Assembly (NCBI GenBank): GCA_963674755.2
Contig: CAXXVS010000002.1
Span: 1,856,001 to 1,920,000, forward strand
Length of the DNA: 64,000 bases
Direction of reading: 5' to 3'
Origin: Desulfobacterales bacterium
GTDB lineage: Bacteria > Desulfobacterota > Desulfobacteria > Desulfobacterales > UBA5852
Part shown: one piece after another, positions 1 to 10,242 of the stretch
Layout of the letters: each line of letters starts with the position of its first letter
Position numbering within the stretch: the stretch's first letter is position 1
The notes under the pieces: model-generated
Databases searched by the model: none
Told to the model about the DNA's origin: nothing
What the model saw: only the letters and a program-made list of their open reading frames with translations
Program-made: the position numbers and the translations under genes

Positions 1-114
1 TTAATTATAAAATTCTGTTGACTTTAAAACGATGACTCGGCTATGGGTCTCTTGATACTGATGCTCTGGCTTTTCATCGATTAATCCTCTTTATTTAATT
101 TTATGAATTATTAG

Positions 115-1338
115 GTGTTGCCCATGCCTATCCCTGTCCGGGACCTGATGCGGGTCATCAATCGATCCAAAATTTTAGAAACCATCCGCACCGGCGGCAT
201 GATTTCACGGATCGATCTGGCGCGCACCACCGGATTGAGCCGGGCCTTGATAACCGGGCTGACGGCCAACCTAATCGAAGAGGGGCTGATCATCGAGAAG
301 CAGTCCGGCCAGTATAAAGGGGGACGGCGCCCCATGCTGCTGGGGCTCAACCCCGAAGGCGCCTACGTAGTGGGTGTCAATCTGTCCATGAGCGAAATCA
401 GCGTCGTCATCGTGAACTTCGAGGGAACCGTTGTGGCCTCTACCACCCACCCTTTGCCGCCGGCCCAGCACAGCGTGGCGGAGATAACCGATTGTGTGGT
501 GGCGGCGGTGCAGGCCTGTATCTGGGAGGCCAATTTCGCCCGCGAGCAAATCAGCGCCGTCGGGATCGGCATCCCGGGGCTGGTCAACCCCCATTCCGGC
601 AACATCCGTTTCCTGCCGAATTATGGCTGGGAAAACGTGAACCTGAAGGAACTGGTCGAAAAACGGCTCAACCACCCCTGCTATGTGGACAACAGCTCCA
701 ATACCCTGGCCCTGGCCGAACAATGGTTTGGTGCGGGCAAGGGCGTGGATAATTTCCTTGTCGTTTCCATTGAAAACGGGGTCGGTTTAGGCGCCGTTAT
801 CAATGGACGCATCTACCGGGGTGAAGAAGGCGTCGGCGGAGAATTCGGTCATATCACCATCGACCCGGACGGCCCCGCCTGCCGCTGCGGCAAGAAGGGC
901 TGTGTGGAAGCATTCGTCGGCAAAATCGCCATCATGCGGGATGCCCGGCAGGCCGCCCTGGAAGGACGCTGGCACAGCCCCAATCCCGATGGCTTTACCT
1001 ACACGGATGTGGTCAGGGCGGCCGGAGACGGCAGCGAGGCGTTGCGTCAGCTCTTTGCCCGGGCAGGCCATATATTGGGTATCGGCATTTCCCATCTGAT
1101 CGCCCTTTTCAATCCGAAGAAAATCGTCATTACCGGACAGGGTGTTCAGGCGGGGGCGCTTATCTTTACTGATATGCACGCCGCCCTGGATCGACATGTG
1201 TCCGCCAAATTCGGTCACCGGAAGGTCGAGATTGTGGTCCGGGAATGGACGGAGCAGGACTGGGCCCGGGGGGCGGGCGCCATGGTTTTGCAGGAGTTAT
1301 ACAAGTCGCCCGTGGGGCAGGTGGCCACCCATCATTAG
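115..1338 (+). CDS. xylR: ROK-family transcriptional repressor (XylR-like)
   Basis: N-terminal HTH (ISRIDLARTTGLS), GGRRP, ROK signature GEFGH...CRCGKKGCVE; directly upstream of xylAB. Confidence 0.85.
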   Translation: MLPMPIPVRDLMRVINRSKILETIRTGGMISRIDLARTTGLSRALITGLTANLIEEGLIIEKQSGQYKGGRRPMLLGLNPEGAYVVGVNLSMSEISVVIVNFEGTVVASTTHPLPPAQHSVAEITDCVVAAVQACIWEANFAREQISAVGIGIPGLVNPHSGNIRFLPNYGWENVNLKELVEKRLNHPCYVDNSSNTLALAEQWFGAGKGVDNFLVVSIENGVGLGAVINGRIYRGEEGVGGEFGHITIDPDGPACRCGKKGCVEAFVGKIAIMRDARQAALEGRWHSPNPDGFTYTDVVRAAGDGSEALRQLFARAGHILGIGISHLIALFNPKKIVITGQGVQAGALIFTDMHAALDRHVSAKFGHRKVEIVVREWTEQDWARGAGAMVLQELYKSPVGQVATHH

Positions 1339-1349
1339 GAGGAAATAAA

Positions 1350-2663
1350 ATGGAACCTTTTTTTCCGGAGGTCGTCGAACGGATCCCTTTCGAGGGGCCC
1401 GAATCCAAAAACCCCCTGGCCTTTAAATACTATGATGCCGAGAAGAACGTCGCCGGCCGGACCATGGCGGAGCATTTGAAGTTCGCCGGGGCCTACTGGC
1501 ACACCCTCAGGGGCACCGGGCGCGATATCTTCGGCGGCGATGTCTACGACCGGGGCTGGGACGCCGCGGCCGACCCCATGCGCCGGGCGGAAGCCACCTT
1601 GCAGGCGGCCTTTGAGTTCAACCGGAAATTGGGTCTGCGGTATTATTGTTTCCATGACCGGGATATGGCCCCGGAGGGTGAAACCTTTGCGGAATCCTGC
1701 CGCAACCTGGAAAAGATGGTCGACAAGGCCGGCAAACTTCAAAAGGAGACCGGCCTGCGTCTGTTGTGGGGCACCGCCAACCTGTTCAACCACCCGCGCT
1801 ATACCCACGGCGCGGCGAGCAATCCGGATGCCCACGTGTTCGCCTATGCCGCGGCCCAGGTCAAACATGCCATTGCCGCCACCCACGCCCTGGGCGGCGA
1901 AAACTATGTCTTCTGGGGCGGCCGGGAGGGCTATGAGACCCTGCTGAATACCGACATGCGGCGCGAGCAGGAGCAAATGGCGCGCTTTTTCCATATGGCG
2001 GTGGACTACGCCCGCCGGATCGGGTTCCAGGGGCAGTTCCTGATCGAACCCAAACCCAAGGAGCCCACCAAACATCAATATGACTTCGACGCCGCCACGA
2101 TTCTGAATTTCCTGCGGCAATACGATCTGCTGGACCATTTCAAACTCAACATCGAAGCCAACCACGCCACCCTGGCCGGCCATACCTTCGAGCACGAACT
2201 CACCGTGGCCTCCAATGCCGGAAAACTGGGCAGCGTCGATATCAACCGCGGGGATCAATTGCTGGGATGGGATACGGACCAGTTCCCCACCGATATCTAT
2301 CAAACGACCCATGCCATGCTGGTCATCCTGGGCCAGGGCGGTTTGGGCCGCGGCGGCCTGAATTTCGACGCCAAACTGCGGCGGGGCTCCACCGATACCC
2401 AGGATATGTTCTATGCCCACATCGGCGGGATGGATGCCTTTGCCCGCGGCCTGGTCACGGCCCAGAAGATCATCGACGACGGCCTCTTGCAGGCCTTCGT
2501 CCAGCAGCGCTATGCCAGCTATGACAGCGAGGCGGGCCAACGCATCGTCAACGGGGAGGCCGACTTCGACGAACTGGAAGCCTGGGTCATGGAAAAGGGC
2601 GAGCCCCGGCCTGTCAGCGGACGTCAGGAATATCTCGAAAACCTGATCAATTCCTATCTCTAA
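1350..2663 (+). CDS. xylA: Xylose isomerase (class II)
   Basis: Motifs AYWHT, FHDRD, LWGTANLF, VFWGGREGYE, IEPKPKEP, NIEANHA, GWDTDQFP; RBS AGGAGG before ATG 1350. Confidence 0.97.
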   Translation: MEPFFPEVVERIPFEGPESKNPLAFKYYDAEKNVAGRTMAEHLKFAGAYWHTLRGTGRDIFGGDVYDRGWDAAADPMRRAEATLQAAFEFNRKLGLRYYCFHDRDMAPEGETFAESCRNLEKMVDKAGKLQKETGLRLLWGTANLFNHPRYTHGAASNPDAHVFAYAAAQVKHAIAATHALGGENYVFWGGREGYETLLNTDMRREQEQMARFFHMAVDYARRIGFQGQFLIEPKPKEPTKHQYDFDAATILNFLRQYDLLDHFKLNIEANHATLAGHTFEHELTVASNAGKLGSVDINRGDQLLGWDTDQFPTDIYQTTHAMLVILGQGGLGRGGLNFDAKLRRGSTDTQDMFYAHIGGMDAFARGLVTAQKIIDDGLLQAFVQQRYASYDSEAGQRIVNGEADFDELEAWVMEKGEPRPVSGRQEYLENLINSYL

Positions 2664-2690
2664 TTCCGTTTCAGGGAGGGGAATCCCATT

Positions 2691-4211
2691 ATGCCCCCGG
2701 ACCAGTTCTACATCGGCATCGACAGCGGCACCCAGGGAACGAAGATCGTCCTCCTCAGCCGCGCCCAAAGGCGCCTGCTGGCCCAGGGCTACGCAGCCCA
2801 CCGGATCATCGAAACCGCCGCAGGGGCCCGCGAACAGGATCCCCGCTGGTGGACCGCGGCCTGCGGGCAGGCCATGCAGGAAATGCTGCGCAACGCCGCT
2901 GTCGACCGCACCCAGGTCAAGGCCATCGGCGTTTCCGGCCAGCAGCACGGCCTGGTGCCCCTGGACGCCCGGGGGGAGGTCATTCGCCCCGCCAAACTCT
3001 GGTGTGATACCGAAACCGCGCCGCAATGCCGCGTGCTGACGGAGCGCGTCGGCGGCGAAGCAGTGGTCCTAGCCGCCATCGGCAACCGTATGAGCGCCGG
3101 GTATACGGCCTCCAAGGTGCTGTGGCTCAAGGAGCGGGAACCGCAACACTATGCGCGCCTAAACAAGATCCTCCTGCCCCATGACTATCTGAACTACTGG
3201 CTGACCGGCGAATACCGGATGGAGTATGGCGACGCCTCGGGCACCGCCTTCTTCGATATCCGCCGCCGCCGCTGGTCGGAGAGCCTTCTAAACGCCATCG
3301 ACGCCAGCGGCCGGCTCCAGGCCTGCCTGCCCGCCTTGACCGCGCCCGAGGAGCCCTGCGGCCTATTGCGCCCGCAACTGGCCGATGACTGGGGGCTGCC
3401 CCGCAACATCTTGGTATCGGCCGGCGGGGGCGACAACATGATGGCCGCCATCGGCACCGGCAACGTTCGTCCGGGGCTGGTGACCACCAGCCTGGGGACC
3501 TCCGGCACCATCTACGCCTTCAGTGCCGCCCCCGTCATCGATTCCCAGGGCGAGTTGGCCGCTTTCTGCGCCAGCACCGGGGGCTGGCTGCCCCTGGTCT
3601 GCACCATGAACGTCACGGTCGCCACGGAACAGGTGCGCGCCCTGCTGGGCTTTGACCTCGAAGATTTCAACCGCCGGATCGAAACCGCGCCCCCTGGTGC
3701 CGGCGGCCTTTTGCTGGTGCCCTTTTTCAATGGCGAACGGACCCCCGATCTGCCTCTGGCCCAGGCTTCCCTGACGGGAATGACACCGCTTAATTTCAGG
3801 CCCGCCAATCTGGCCCGGGCCGGCATGGAGGGCGCCACTCTGGGGCTGCGTTACGGCCTTGCGGTCATGGAGCGCAACGGCCTTCGGGCCGAAGAGATCC
3901 GGCTGGTCGGGGGCGGGGCCAAGAGCCGGGTCTGGCGCCAGATGGTGGCGGACATGTTTGCCGTGCCGGTGGTAACACCGCTGGAGACGGAGGCGGGGGC
4001 CCTGGGAGCGGCCCTGCAGGCCATGTGGTGTTATCGCAGTCAGAGGGAAGGCAAGATCGCTATCGAAGCTATTTGTGATGACTTTATCGGCCTCGATCCG
4101 AATACGCGCGCCGAGCCGGATTCGCAAACCGCATCGGCCTACCAAGCACTCTACGACCGCTATCAAGCCACCGTCAATGTCCTGGCGCCCTTGTACTGTC
4201 CGGGAAGATAA
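2691..4211 (+). CDS. xylB: Xylulokinase (FGGY family)
   Basis: IGIDSGTQGTK, SGQQHG, LWCD, GDASGT, GGGDN, NGERTP motifs; follows xylA. Confidence 0.95.
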   Translation: MPPDQFYIGIDSGTQGTKIVLLSRAQRRLLAQGYAAHRIIETAAGAREQDPRWWTAACGQAMQEMLRNAAVDRTQVKAIGVSGQQHGLVPLDARGEVIRPAKLWCDTETAPQCRVLTERVGGEAVVLAAIGNRMSAGYTASKVLWLKEREPQHYARLNKILLPHDYLNYWLTGEYRMEYGDASGTAFFDIRRRRWSESLLNAIDASGRLQACLPALTAPEEPCGLLRPQLADDWGLPRNILVSAGGGDNMMAAIGTGNVRPGLVTTSLGTSGTIYAFSAAPVIDSQGELAAFCASTGGWLPLVCTMNVTVATEQVRALLGFDLEDFNRRIETAPPGAGGLLLVPFFNGERTPDLPLAQASLTGMTPLNFRPANLARAGMEGATLGLRYGLAVMERNGLRAEEIRLVGGGAKSRVWRQMVADMFAVPVVTPLETEAGALGAALQAMWCYRSQREGKIAIEAICDDFIGLDPNTRAEPDSQTASAYQALYDRYQATVNVLAPLYCPGR

Positions 4212-4221
4212 CTGCGCGTCT

Positions 4222-4300
4222 AAATGAACTACCCCGCCGCAAAGCAGCGGGGTATCGCTAAAGGCAATGGTGTGGCGCAAGCGGCGGGGAATTAAACCGT
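4222..4300. repeat. IS200/IS605-end-like (REP/PATE-like) palindromic element
   Basis: AACTACCCCGCCGCAAAGCAGCGGGGTAT hairpin plus a partial second copy GCAAGCGGCGGGGAATT between convergent genes. Confidence 0.55.
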
Positions 4301-4334
4301 CGTCCGCCCTTGGCGAATTAACGTCGTTTCTTTT

Positions 4335-5918
4335 TCATTCGGGCCCGGAATCCGCATTGAATTGTTTCCGGAGGTTGGTTTTCAGGATTTTTCCGGAACC
4401 GGTTTTGGGCAGCTCGGCAACAAATGCAATCTCTTTAGGGATCTTGAAGCGCGCCAGACGCTCCCGGCAAAAGGCCATCAGTTCCTCTCCTGTCGCGTCC
4501 TTCCCGGGTTTCAGGGCCACCACCGCCTTCGGCACTTCGCCCCATTTCTCATCCGGCTTGGCAATCACGGCACATTCCAGCACCGCATCATGGCGGTACA
4601 GGATATTCTCGACCTCGACGGAAGAAATATTCTCGCCCCCGCTGATAATGATGTCCTTGGCGCGGTCCACGATCAGGACATAGCCTTCGGAATCGACAGT
4701 CGCCAGGTCGCCGGTATGGAAATAGCCCTCTTTGATCGCTTTATGGGTTTCATCCGGCTGTTTCCAGTACCCCTTCATGACATTGTCGCCCCTCACAACG
4801 ATCTCCCCTACGCTCTGGCCGTCGCGGGCCACCTCATGGCCTTCGGAATCCACCACTTTCAGATCGACCCCCGGAACTTCCAGACCGGTGCGCGTCAGAT
4901 AGCCGATCTGATCCTCTTCCGGCAAATGCCGGAGGGTGTCCTTGATGTTGCCGACCGTCAAAAGCGGACAGGTTTCCGTCAGCCCATATCCTGAAACGTA
5001 AAGGCATCCCAACTGCTCCATCATGCGCTTGGCATTGGCCGGCGACATGGGCGCCCCTCCGATCATGATCCACTGGAGCGAAGACACGTCATATTGTTTC
5101 ATATCCGGCACATTGAGCAGGAAATTGACCATGGTCGGCACCATCATGGCGGCCGAGATCTTTTCATTCTGGATCGTTTCCAGCACGGTCACCGGATCAA
5201 ACATACGCTGCATGACGTGCCGGCCTCCCTGGTAGGTTACCGCCCAGATAAAGAAGGCGTCCGCCAGGTGGAACAAGGGGGCGATGTGATACCAGACCGT
5301 GGCGTCTTCCAGCTTGAATGCAATAATGGTGGTCAGGGCATTGGCGTAGATATTCCGGTGGGTGAGCATGACCCCTTTGGGATGGCCTGTTGTGCCGCTC
5401 GTGTAGTAAAGATTCAATACCGCATCTTCGTCCTCGACCATGGTCCCGACCGGTTCGGAGGAGGCTTTATCCATGAACGCTTCGTAACTATCCGTCATCC
5501 AGGGTTCGTCGGCCGGCCCTTCGGCAATCAGGAATTGTTTTACGTGGGGCAGGTCATCTTTGATCCTGGCCACCATGGGTTTGAAATCGGCCTGAAAGAT
5601 AAGGATTTCGGCCTCGGCATCGTTGAGAATATAAGTATATTCCTCGGCCGAAAGGCGAATATTGAGTGGCAGCAGAACCCGGCCCGTGGGCGCCACCCCG
5701 TAATACAATTCCATGTACCGGTAGGAATTGTAGTCCAGGATGGCAATCCGGCCGCCCTCTGAAACCCCTGCATTCTGAAAGGCGTTAAACACTTTGTTGA
5801 CGCGCTGTTCCACCTCGCGGTAGGTCCAGCGAACGTCACCGTCCACAACCGCAATTTTTTCCGGGTAGAGTTTTACGGCGCGTTTCAGGATGCGGCTTGG
5901 TGTCATGGCAACCTTCAT
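4335..5918 (-). CDS. Long-chain fatty-acid/acyl-CoA ligase (ANL family)
   Basis: YTSGTTGHPKG, GYGLTET, FHTGDL, DRAKDIIISGGENISSVEVE, PKTGSGK. Confidence 0.93.
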   Translation of the reverse strand: MKVAMTPSRILKRAVKLYPEKIAVVDGDVRWTYREVEQRVNKVFNAFQNAGVSEGGRIAILDYNSYRYMELYYGVAPTGRVLLPLNIRLSAEEYTYILNDAEAEILIFQADFKPMVARIKDDLPHVKQFLIAEGPADEPWMTDSYEAFMDKASSEPVGTMVEDEDAVLNLYYTSGTTGHPKGVMLTHRNIYANALTTIIAFKLEDATVWYHIAPLFHLADAFFIWAVTYQGGRHVMQRMFDPVTVLETIQNEKISAAMMVPTMVNFLLNVPDMKQYDVSSLQWIMIGGAPMSPANAKRMMEQLGCLYVSGYGLTETCPLLTVGNIKDTLRHLPEEDQIGYLTRTGLEVPGVDLKVVDSEGHEVARDGQSVGEIVVRGDNVMKGYWKQPDETHKAIKEGYFHTGDLATVDSEGYVLIVDRAKDIIISGGENISSVEVENILYRHDAVLECAVIAKPDEKWGEVPKAVVALKPGKDATGEELMAFCRERLARFKIPKEIAFVAELPKTGSGKILKTNLRKQFNADSGPE

Positions 5919-6040
5919 TGTCGGTCACTCCTTTCTGGTCTGTATTCCCTGCCGTATAGCCCATCAAACCTTTGTGATCGTCCGACGGCTACGAGAAAAA
6001 AACATCGACGGTGATGATCGATCGTGTTGCCTAAGTGGGG

Positions 6041-7225
6041 TCAGTTCAAGGCGACCGCACGGCTCAGCATGGCAACAGCCGCATCGATCTCCTCCATTTT
6101 ATCGGTCTGGCTGCCCTTTTCCGTAAACAGCCACCTGAGCGCCATATGGCTGAAAATGCCCATAAAAAGATTTCGGAAAACACGGTTATTGATTTCGGGC
6201 CGTATGCTGCCATCCGTTTTCCCCTCGTCCAAAATCGCATAGACGCTTTCGATATAGTGTTTGAAGGGCGGATAGGCATTGGAGACATAGAAGCGCGCGT
6301 TGTAAATGGCATCGAACAGGAACATCTTAACAAAAACCGGCTGGGTCAGGTAGATGGTGAAGTGATAGCGCATGAAGCGTTTCAGTTTGCGCAGGGGCGT
6401 TCTGACCTCGAACAACTCGTCAAGCGAATCCAGGTTGTTCCGGAATTGCCGCTCCAGGGTGGAAAAGAGCAGATCCTCCTTATTCTTGAAGTATTCGTAA
6501 ATGGTCCCTTCAGAGACTTCGGCCGATTTTGAAATCTCCTGTATCGTGGCGTTCTGATATCCCTTGGCCGCAAACACGTTTAAGGCCGATGCCAGAATCC
6601 TGCCGGCCTTGTCGCTATTGATGGCGGACGGCTCGGTATCGGGCCGAACCATCGGCAACAGGAGATCCAGAATGGCATCCAGATCCGTATGCGCCTGGGG
6701 CGTCTCCTGAGCGGCCATGCTCTGAATATTCTCCATATCCACCAATCCGAAAACAGCATCGCGAACAATCGTCGTGGCAAGGTCGTTTCGGAAGGCGCCC
6801 TCCGAGATCCCCCTGATGAGAATGCCCCGCCCGATATCCGACCAGCGCTTAATCATATGGTAAGCTTCATGCGCCATGAAACTCTTGCTTGAGCGGCATT
6901 CGAATAGCAGGAGGTTGGCATAGTCGGGATGGGTATCATGGTAGTAAAGCTGGAACCAGATCAGTTTACTGAGTTGGCTGACCGGGTCCATGATGCCCTG
7001 GAGTTGCTCTTCCAGCTTTGCGAGGGCATCGCCGAGGCGCTCTTGGGTGACGGAGAAAAGCAAGTCCTCTTTATTTTTAAAATAATGGTAGAGCATTGAG
7101 TCCGTTACGCCGGCAGCGGCACTTATTTCGCTGATGGTCGCGCTGCGCCCTTTTGTGGACATAATACTCTCAGCCGCATCCAGAATTTTCCACCTTTTGT
7201 CGCTCGTCATTGAAGTTCTCGCCAT
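6041..7225 (-). CDS. Tandem double-TetR/AcrR transcriptional regulator
   Basis: Two TetR HTH repeats (ATISEISAAAGVTDSMLYHYFKNKEDLL and ATIQEISKSAEVSEGTIYEYFKNKEDLL). Confidence 0.9.
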   Translation of the reverse strand: MARTSMTSDKRWKILDAAESIMSTKGRSATISEISAAAGVTDSMLYHYFKNKEDLLFSVTQERLGDALAKLEEQLQGIMDPVSQLSKLIWFQLYYHDTHPDYANLLLFECRSSKSFMAHEAYHMIKRWSDIGRGILIRGISEGAFRNDLATTIVRDAVFGLVDMENIQSMAAQETPQAHTDLDAILDLLLPMVRPDTEPSAINSDKAGRILASALNVFAAKGYQNATIQEISKSAEVSEGTIYEYFKNKEDLLFSTLERQFRNNLDSLDELFEVRTPLRKLKRFMRYHFTIYLTQPVFVKMFLFDAIYNARFYVSNAYPPFKHYIESVYAILDEGKTDGSIRPEINNRVFRNLFMGIFSHMALRWLFTEKGSQTDKMEEIDAAVAMLSRAVALN

Positions 7226-7338
7226 GGATAAAATCAGTGAAGCCTAGTTCGGCAGGACCGCCAACAAATCGTTTCGATGCAGGGCACTCGTTAACTTTTT
7301 CAAATAATATCTCGATTTCTGCAACACTATTTGCCCAT

Positions 7339-7490
7339 ATTGAATTATATTCTAACCATATTGTCAATTATTTATGTGATATAAATCTCACTAAATATTT
7401 TTATCTTACTATTTTAATTATATTTTTTATATTCTCGGAAATTTCTTATTAGCGCTTGACAATATTCACTGTAATAGAATAGTGTTCAAT
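7339..7490. promoter_or_regulatory. Divergent promoter region with two mirrored putative TetR operators
   Basis: TTGACAATAT on each strand (minus -35 at 7362-7367; plus -35 at 7456-7461), each followed by a TAGAAT-N4-TTCAAT box (7339-7354 minus, 7475-7490 plus). Confidence 0.55.
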
Positions 7491-7592
7491 TCAAAATTTT
7501 ATTGAGGTGATTTATGGCCCACTATCCCGATTCACATCTTCTTTAGCCGTATAGACGATGCCCGAAATTTCACACATCGAAGGTATTTTTAA

Positions 7593-8372
7593 ATGAATTT
7601 AAACCATTCCATTTTTGAAATCCGCGAAGGGATCGGGTGGCTGCGGTTCAATCGTCCCAAACAGTTAAACGCACTTAATCCTTTGGTATTTGAGGATATT
7701 GCCAAAGCGGCCGAACGCACCGAATCCGACCCGTCCCTAAAGGCGTTCGTCCTGACCGGCAACGGGCGGGCCTTTGCGGCCGGGGCCGATATCAAACACA
7801 TGGCGAGCGGGAATATGCCCCTATCAACCGAATTGACGGATATTTCGAATTTTGCTCAACAAAGACTGGCCGATCTGTCTAAACCCAGCATCGCTGCCAT
7901 AGCCGGTTATGCCTTGGGCGGTGGCTGCGAGGTCGCCCTGTGCTGCGATTTCCGGTTGGCGGCCGAGGACGCTGTTTTCGGGTTGCCCGAAATCAAACTG
8001 GGCATCATTCCCGGTGGCGGAGGCACACAACGGTTGCCCCGCCTCATCGGCCTTGCGGCCGCCGTCAAAATGATCATGACCGGTGAAACCATTGACGCCC
8101 AGGAAGCCCTTAAGCTGGGTCTGGTGCATGATGTCGTTTCCCTCGAGCGTTTGGAAAACGAGGCCCAAACCCTGGCGGTCAGATTGAGCAAACAGCCCGC
8201 GATCGCCCTTCGTGCCGCCAAAACCGCCATTTATGGCGGGCTGAATATGGCCCTTGGGGACGGTCTCAAGCTGGAACAGTCCCTTTTCTGCATGCTTTTC
8301 GGCACACAAGACCAGAAAGAAGGCATGACCGCCTTCATTGGGAAACGTAAACCCAATTTCACCGGTCGGTAG
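7593..8372 (+). CDS. Enoyl-CoA hydratase (crotonase family)
   Basis: AFAAGADI, ALGGGCE, FGLPEIKLGIIPGGGGTQRLPRL. Confidence 0.93.
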   Translation: MNLNHSIFEIREGIGWLRFNRPKQLNALNPLVFEDIAKAAERTESDPSLKAFVLTGNGRAFAAGADIKHMASGNMPLSTELTDISNFAQQRLADLSKPSIAAIAGYALGGGCEVALCCDFRLAAEDAVFGLPEIKLGIIPGGGGTQRLPRLIGLAAAVKMIMTGETIDAQEALKLGLVHDVVSLERLENEAQTLAVRLSKQPAIALRAAKTAIYGGLNMALGDGLKLEQSLFCMLFGTQDQKEGMTAFIGKRKPNFTGR

Positions 8373-8425
8373 CGGTGGCCGATGCGATCCCACCCAACCA
8401 CAAACGCCGATAAGACGAGGACCCC

Positions 8426-8854
8426 GTGATCGGAAAAACCATCGATGAATTGAGAGTCGGTCAAAGCGCCGTGTTCAGCAAAACCATTTCGGAAAGCGAT
8501 GTCTATCTATTTGCGGGGATCACCGGTGACTTCAATCCGGCCCACGTGAACCAGCCCTATGCCGAAAAAACCTTTTTCAAAGCCCGTATTGCGCACGGCA
8601 TGCTCGTGGCCGGCCTGCTGTCGGCCGTTATGGCCAATCAGTTGCCCGGTCCCGGATCAGTGTACATTCATCAAGGTCTGGACTTCAAAGCGCCGGTATA
8701 TATCGGCGACACGGTTACGGCCCAGGTGGAAGTCCTCGCGATTGACCACGATGCCAACCGCGTCGAACTCAAAACCACCTGCATCAATCAGGGCGGCGAT
8801 GTGGTCGTTGACGGGCGGGCCATCATATCACCGCCCAAACGCCTGAAGGCATAG
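8426..8854 (+). CDS. MaoC/PhaJ-like (R)-specific enoyl-CoA hydratase
   Basis: FAGITGDFNPAH...RIAHGML hydratase-2 motif. Confidence 0.9.
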   Translation: MIGKTIDELRVGQSAVFSKTISESDVYLFAGITGDFNPAHVNQPYAEKTFFKARIAHGMLVAGLLSAVMANQLPGPGSVYIHQGLDFKAPVYIGDTVTAQVEVLAIDHDANRVELKTTCINQGGDVVVDGRAIISPPKRLKA

Positions 8855-8959
8855 CCGCTTCGGCGCGATAGGAGGCCAGGTCGCCGGCGGCACCGATGGC
8901 AGCCCCTCCGACCACCGCCGGCAATCGAATGGGGCGCATTCCCGAACAGGAGATTCAGC

Positions 8960-10171
8960 ATGAAAGACGTCGTCATCGCAGGCTATTTGAGAACGGCCCA
9001 ATCGCGATCCCGGCCCAATGACCCGGCCAAGGATTGCTTTCACAAACTGCGCGCCGATGAACTGCTGGCTCGACTCCTGCCGGAAGTCGTCGAACGCACA
9101 GGGCTGGATCCCGCCCAGATCGATGATTTCCTGGTGGGATCCGCCTTGGGGGTGTCTGAACAATGGACCTTCGGCGGTCGCGACCCCCTCTTTCTGGCCA
9201 ATTTGCCGGACACGATCGCGGCCAAGTTCATCGATCAGCAGTGCGGTTCGTCCATGGCCTGCATTCACGTCGGGTTCATGGAAATCGCGACCGGGGTTGC
9301 GGATGTGGTCCTGGCCGGCGGTATGGAACACATGACCCGCGTGCCCATGACCATGGTGGCCGGGGGAAGCGAAATCATTTCCAAAAATCAACGGCTGTTC
9401 GAAGACGAAAAATACCGGCACTGGGATACGCCAACGGCGGTCAACATGGGTTTGACGGCGGAAAAACTCTTTTCGCAAACCGATTTCACCCGGGAAGACC
9501 TGGATGAATGGGGAGCGCGCTCGCATGTTTTGGCAATCCAGGCCCAGGGCCAAGGATTCTTTGCGGGTGAGATACTGCCCATCGATGCCGAGCAGAGCGA
9601 CGGCCGCGTTGCCACCATCGATACCGATCAGGCGGTACGGGCCAATGCAACGAAGGAAGGCATGGCCGGTCTCAAACCGGTATTCCGGGAAGACGGTGTG
9701 ATTACCGCAGGGAACGCTTCCCCCCTGAATGCCGGCGCATCCGCGATGCTTTTGATGTCGAAGGAAAAAGCCCGCGCCGAGGGTATCCAGCCTCTGGCGA
9801 CCATACGATCGATCGGGTTTGCCGGTGTCGATCCCACCATTATGGGGCACGGACCGGTACCCGCCAGCCAAAAGGCCCTTTCAAATGCCGGCTTGTCCGC
9901 CGCGGACATCGATTTTTGGGAGATCAACGAAGCGTTTTGTATCGTGGTCCTCAACTGCATGAAGGCATTGAATATCCAACCGGAACGCGTCAACGTGATG
10001 GGGGGCGGCACCGCCCTTGGCCACCCGTTGGGCGCCAGCGGCATCCGTTTGGTGGGGACCCTGGCCAGGATCCTCGAAGCCAAACAAGGCCGCTACGGGT
10101 GTGCCAATGCCTGTTGCGGCGGCGGTCAGGGGGTGGCTACGATCATCGAACGGGAAATATACGATTGGTAG
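8960..10171 (+). CDS. Acetyl-CoA C-acyltransferase (thiolase)
   Basis: QQCGSSM, TAGNASPLNAGA, EINEAF, GHPLGASG, CCGGGQG. Confidence 0.95.
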   Translation: MKDVVIAGYLRTAQSRSRPNDPAKDCFHKLRADELLARLLPEVVERTGLDPAQIDDFLVGSALGVSEQWTFGGRDPLFLANLPDTIAAKFIDQQCGSSMACIHVGFMEIATGVADVVLAGGMEHMTRVPMTMVAGGSEIISKNQRLFEDEKYRHWDTPTAVNMGLTAEKLFSQTDFTREDLDEWGARSHVLAIQAQGQGFFAGEILPIDAEQSDGRVATIDTDQAVRANATKEGMAGLKPVFREDGVITAGNASPLNAGASAMLLMSKEKARAEGIQPLATIRSIGFAGVDPTIMGHGPVPASQKALSNAGLSAADIDFWEINEAFCIVVLNCMKALNIQPERVNVMGGGTALGHPLGASGIRLVGTLARILEAKQGRYGCANACCGGGQGVATIIEREIYDW

Positions 10172-10242
10172 CTTAAGGTGCCATGGAAGAAACGGTCTGC
10201 CGGACCTTAGGGTCATGCTGGCGGCCACTTGGGAGGACGGGA

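Noticed and set aside
1335..3026. Long antisense ORFs (this one, 14624-15787, 48950-50110, 50366-51598, 55551-56720, 60054-61295 and others)
   Set aside because: Shadow ORFs opposite well-supported genes in GC-rich DNA; no recognisable motifs
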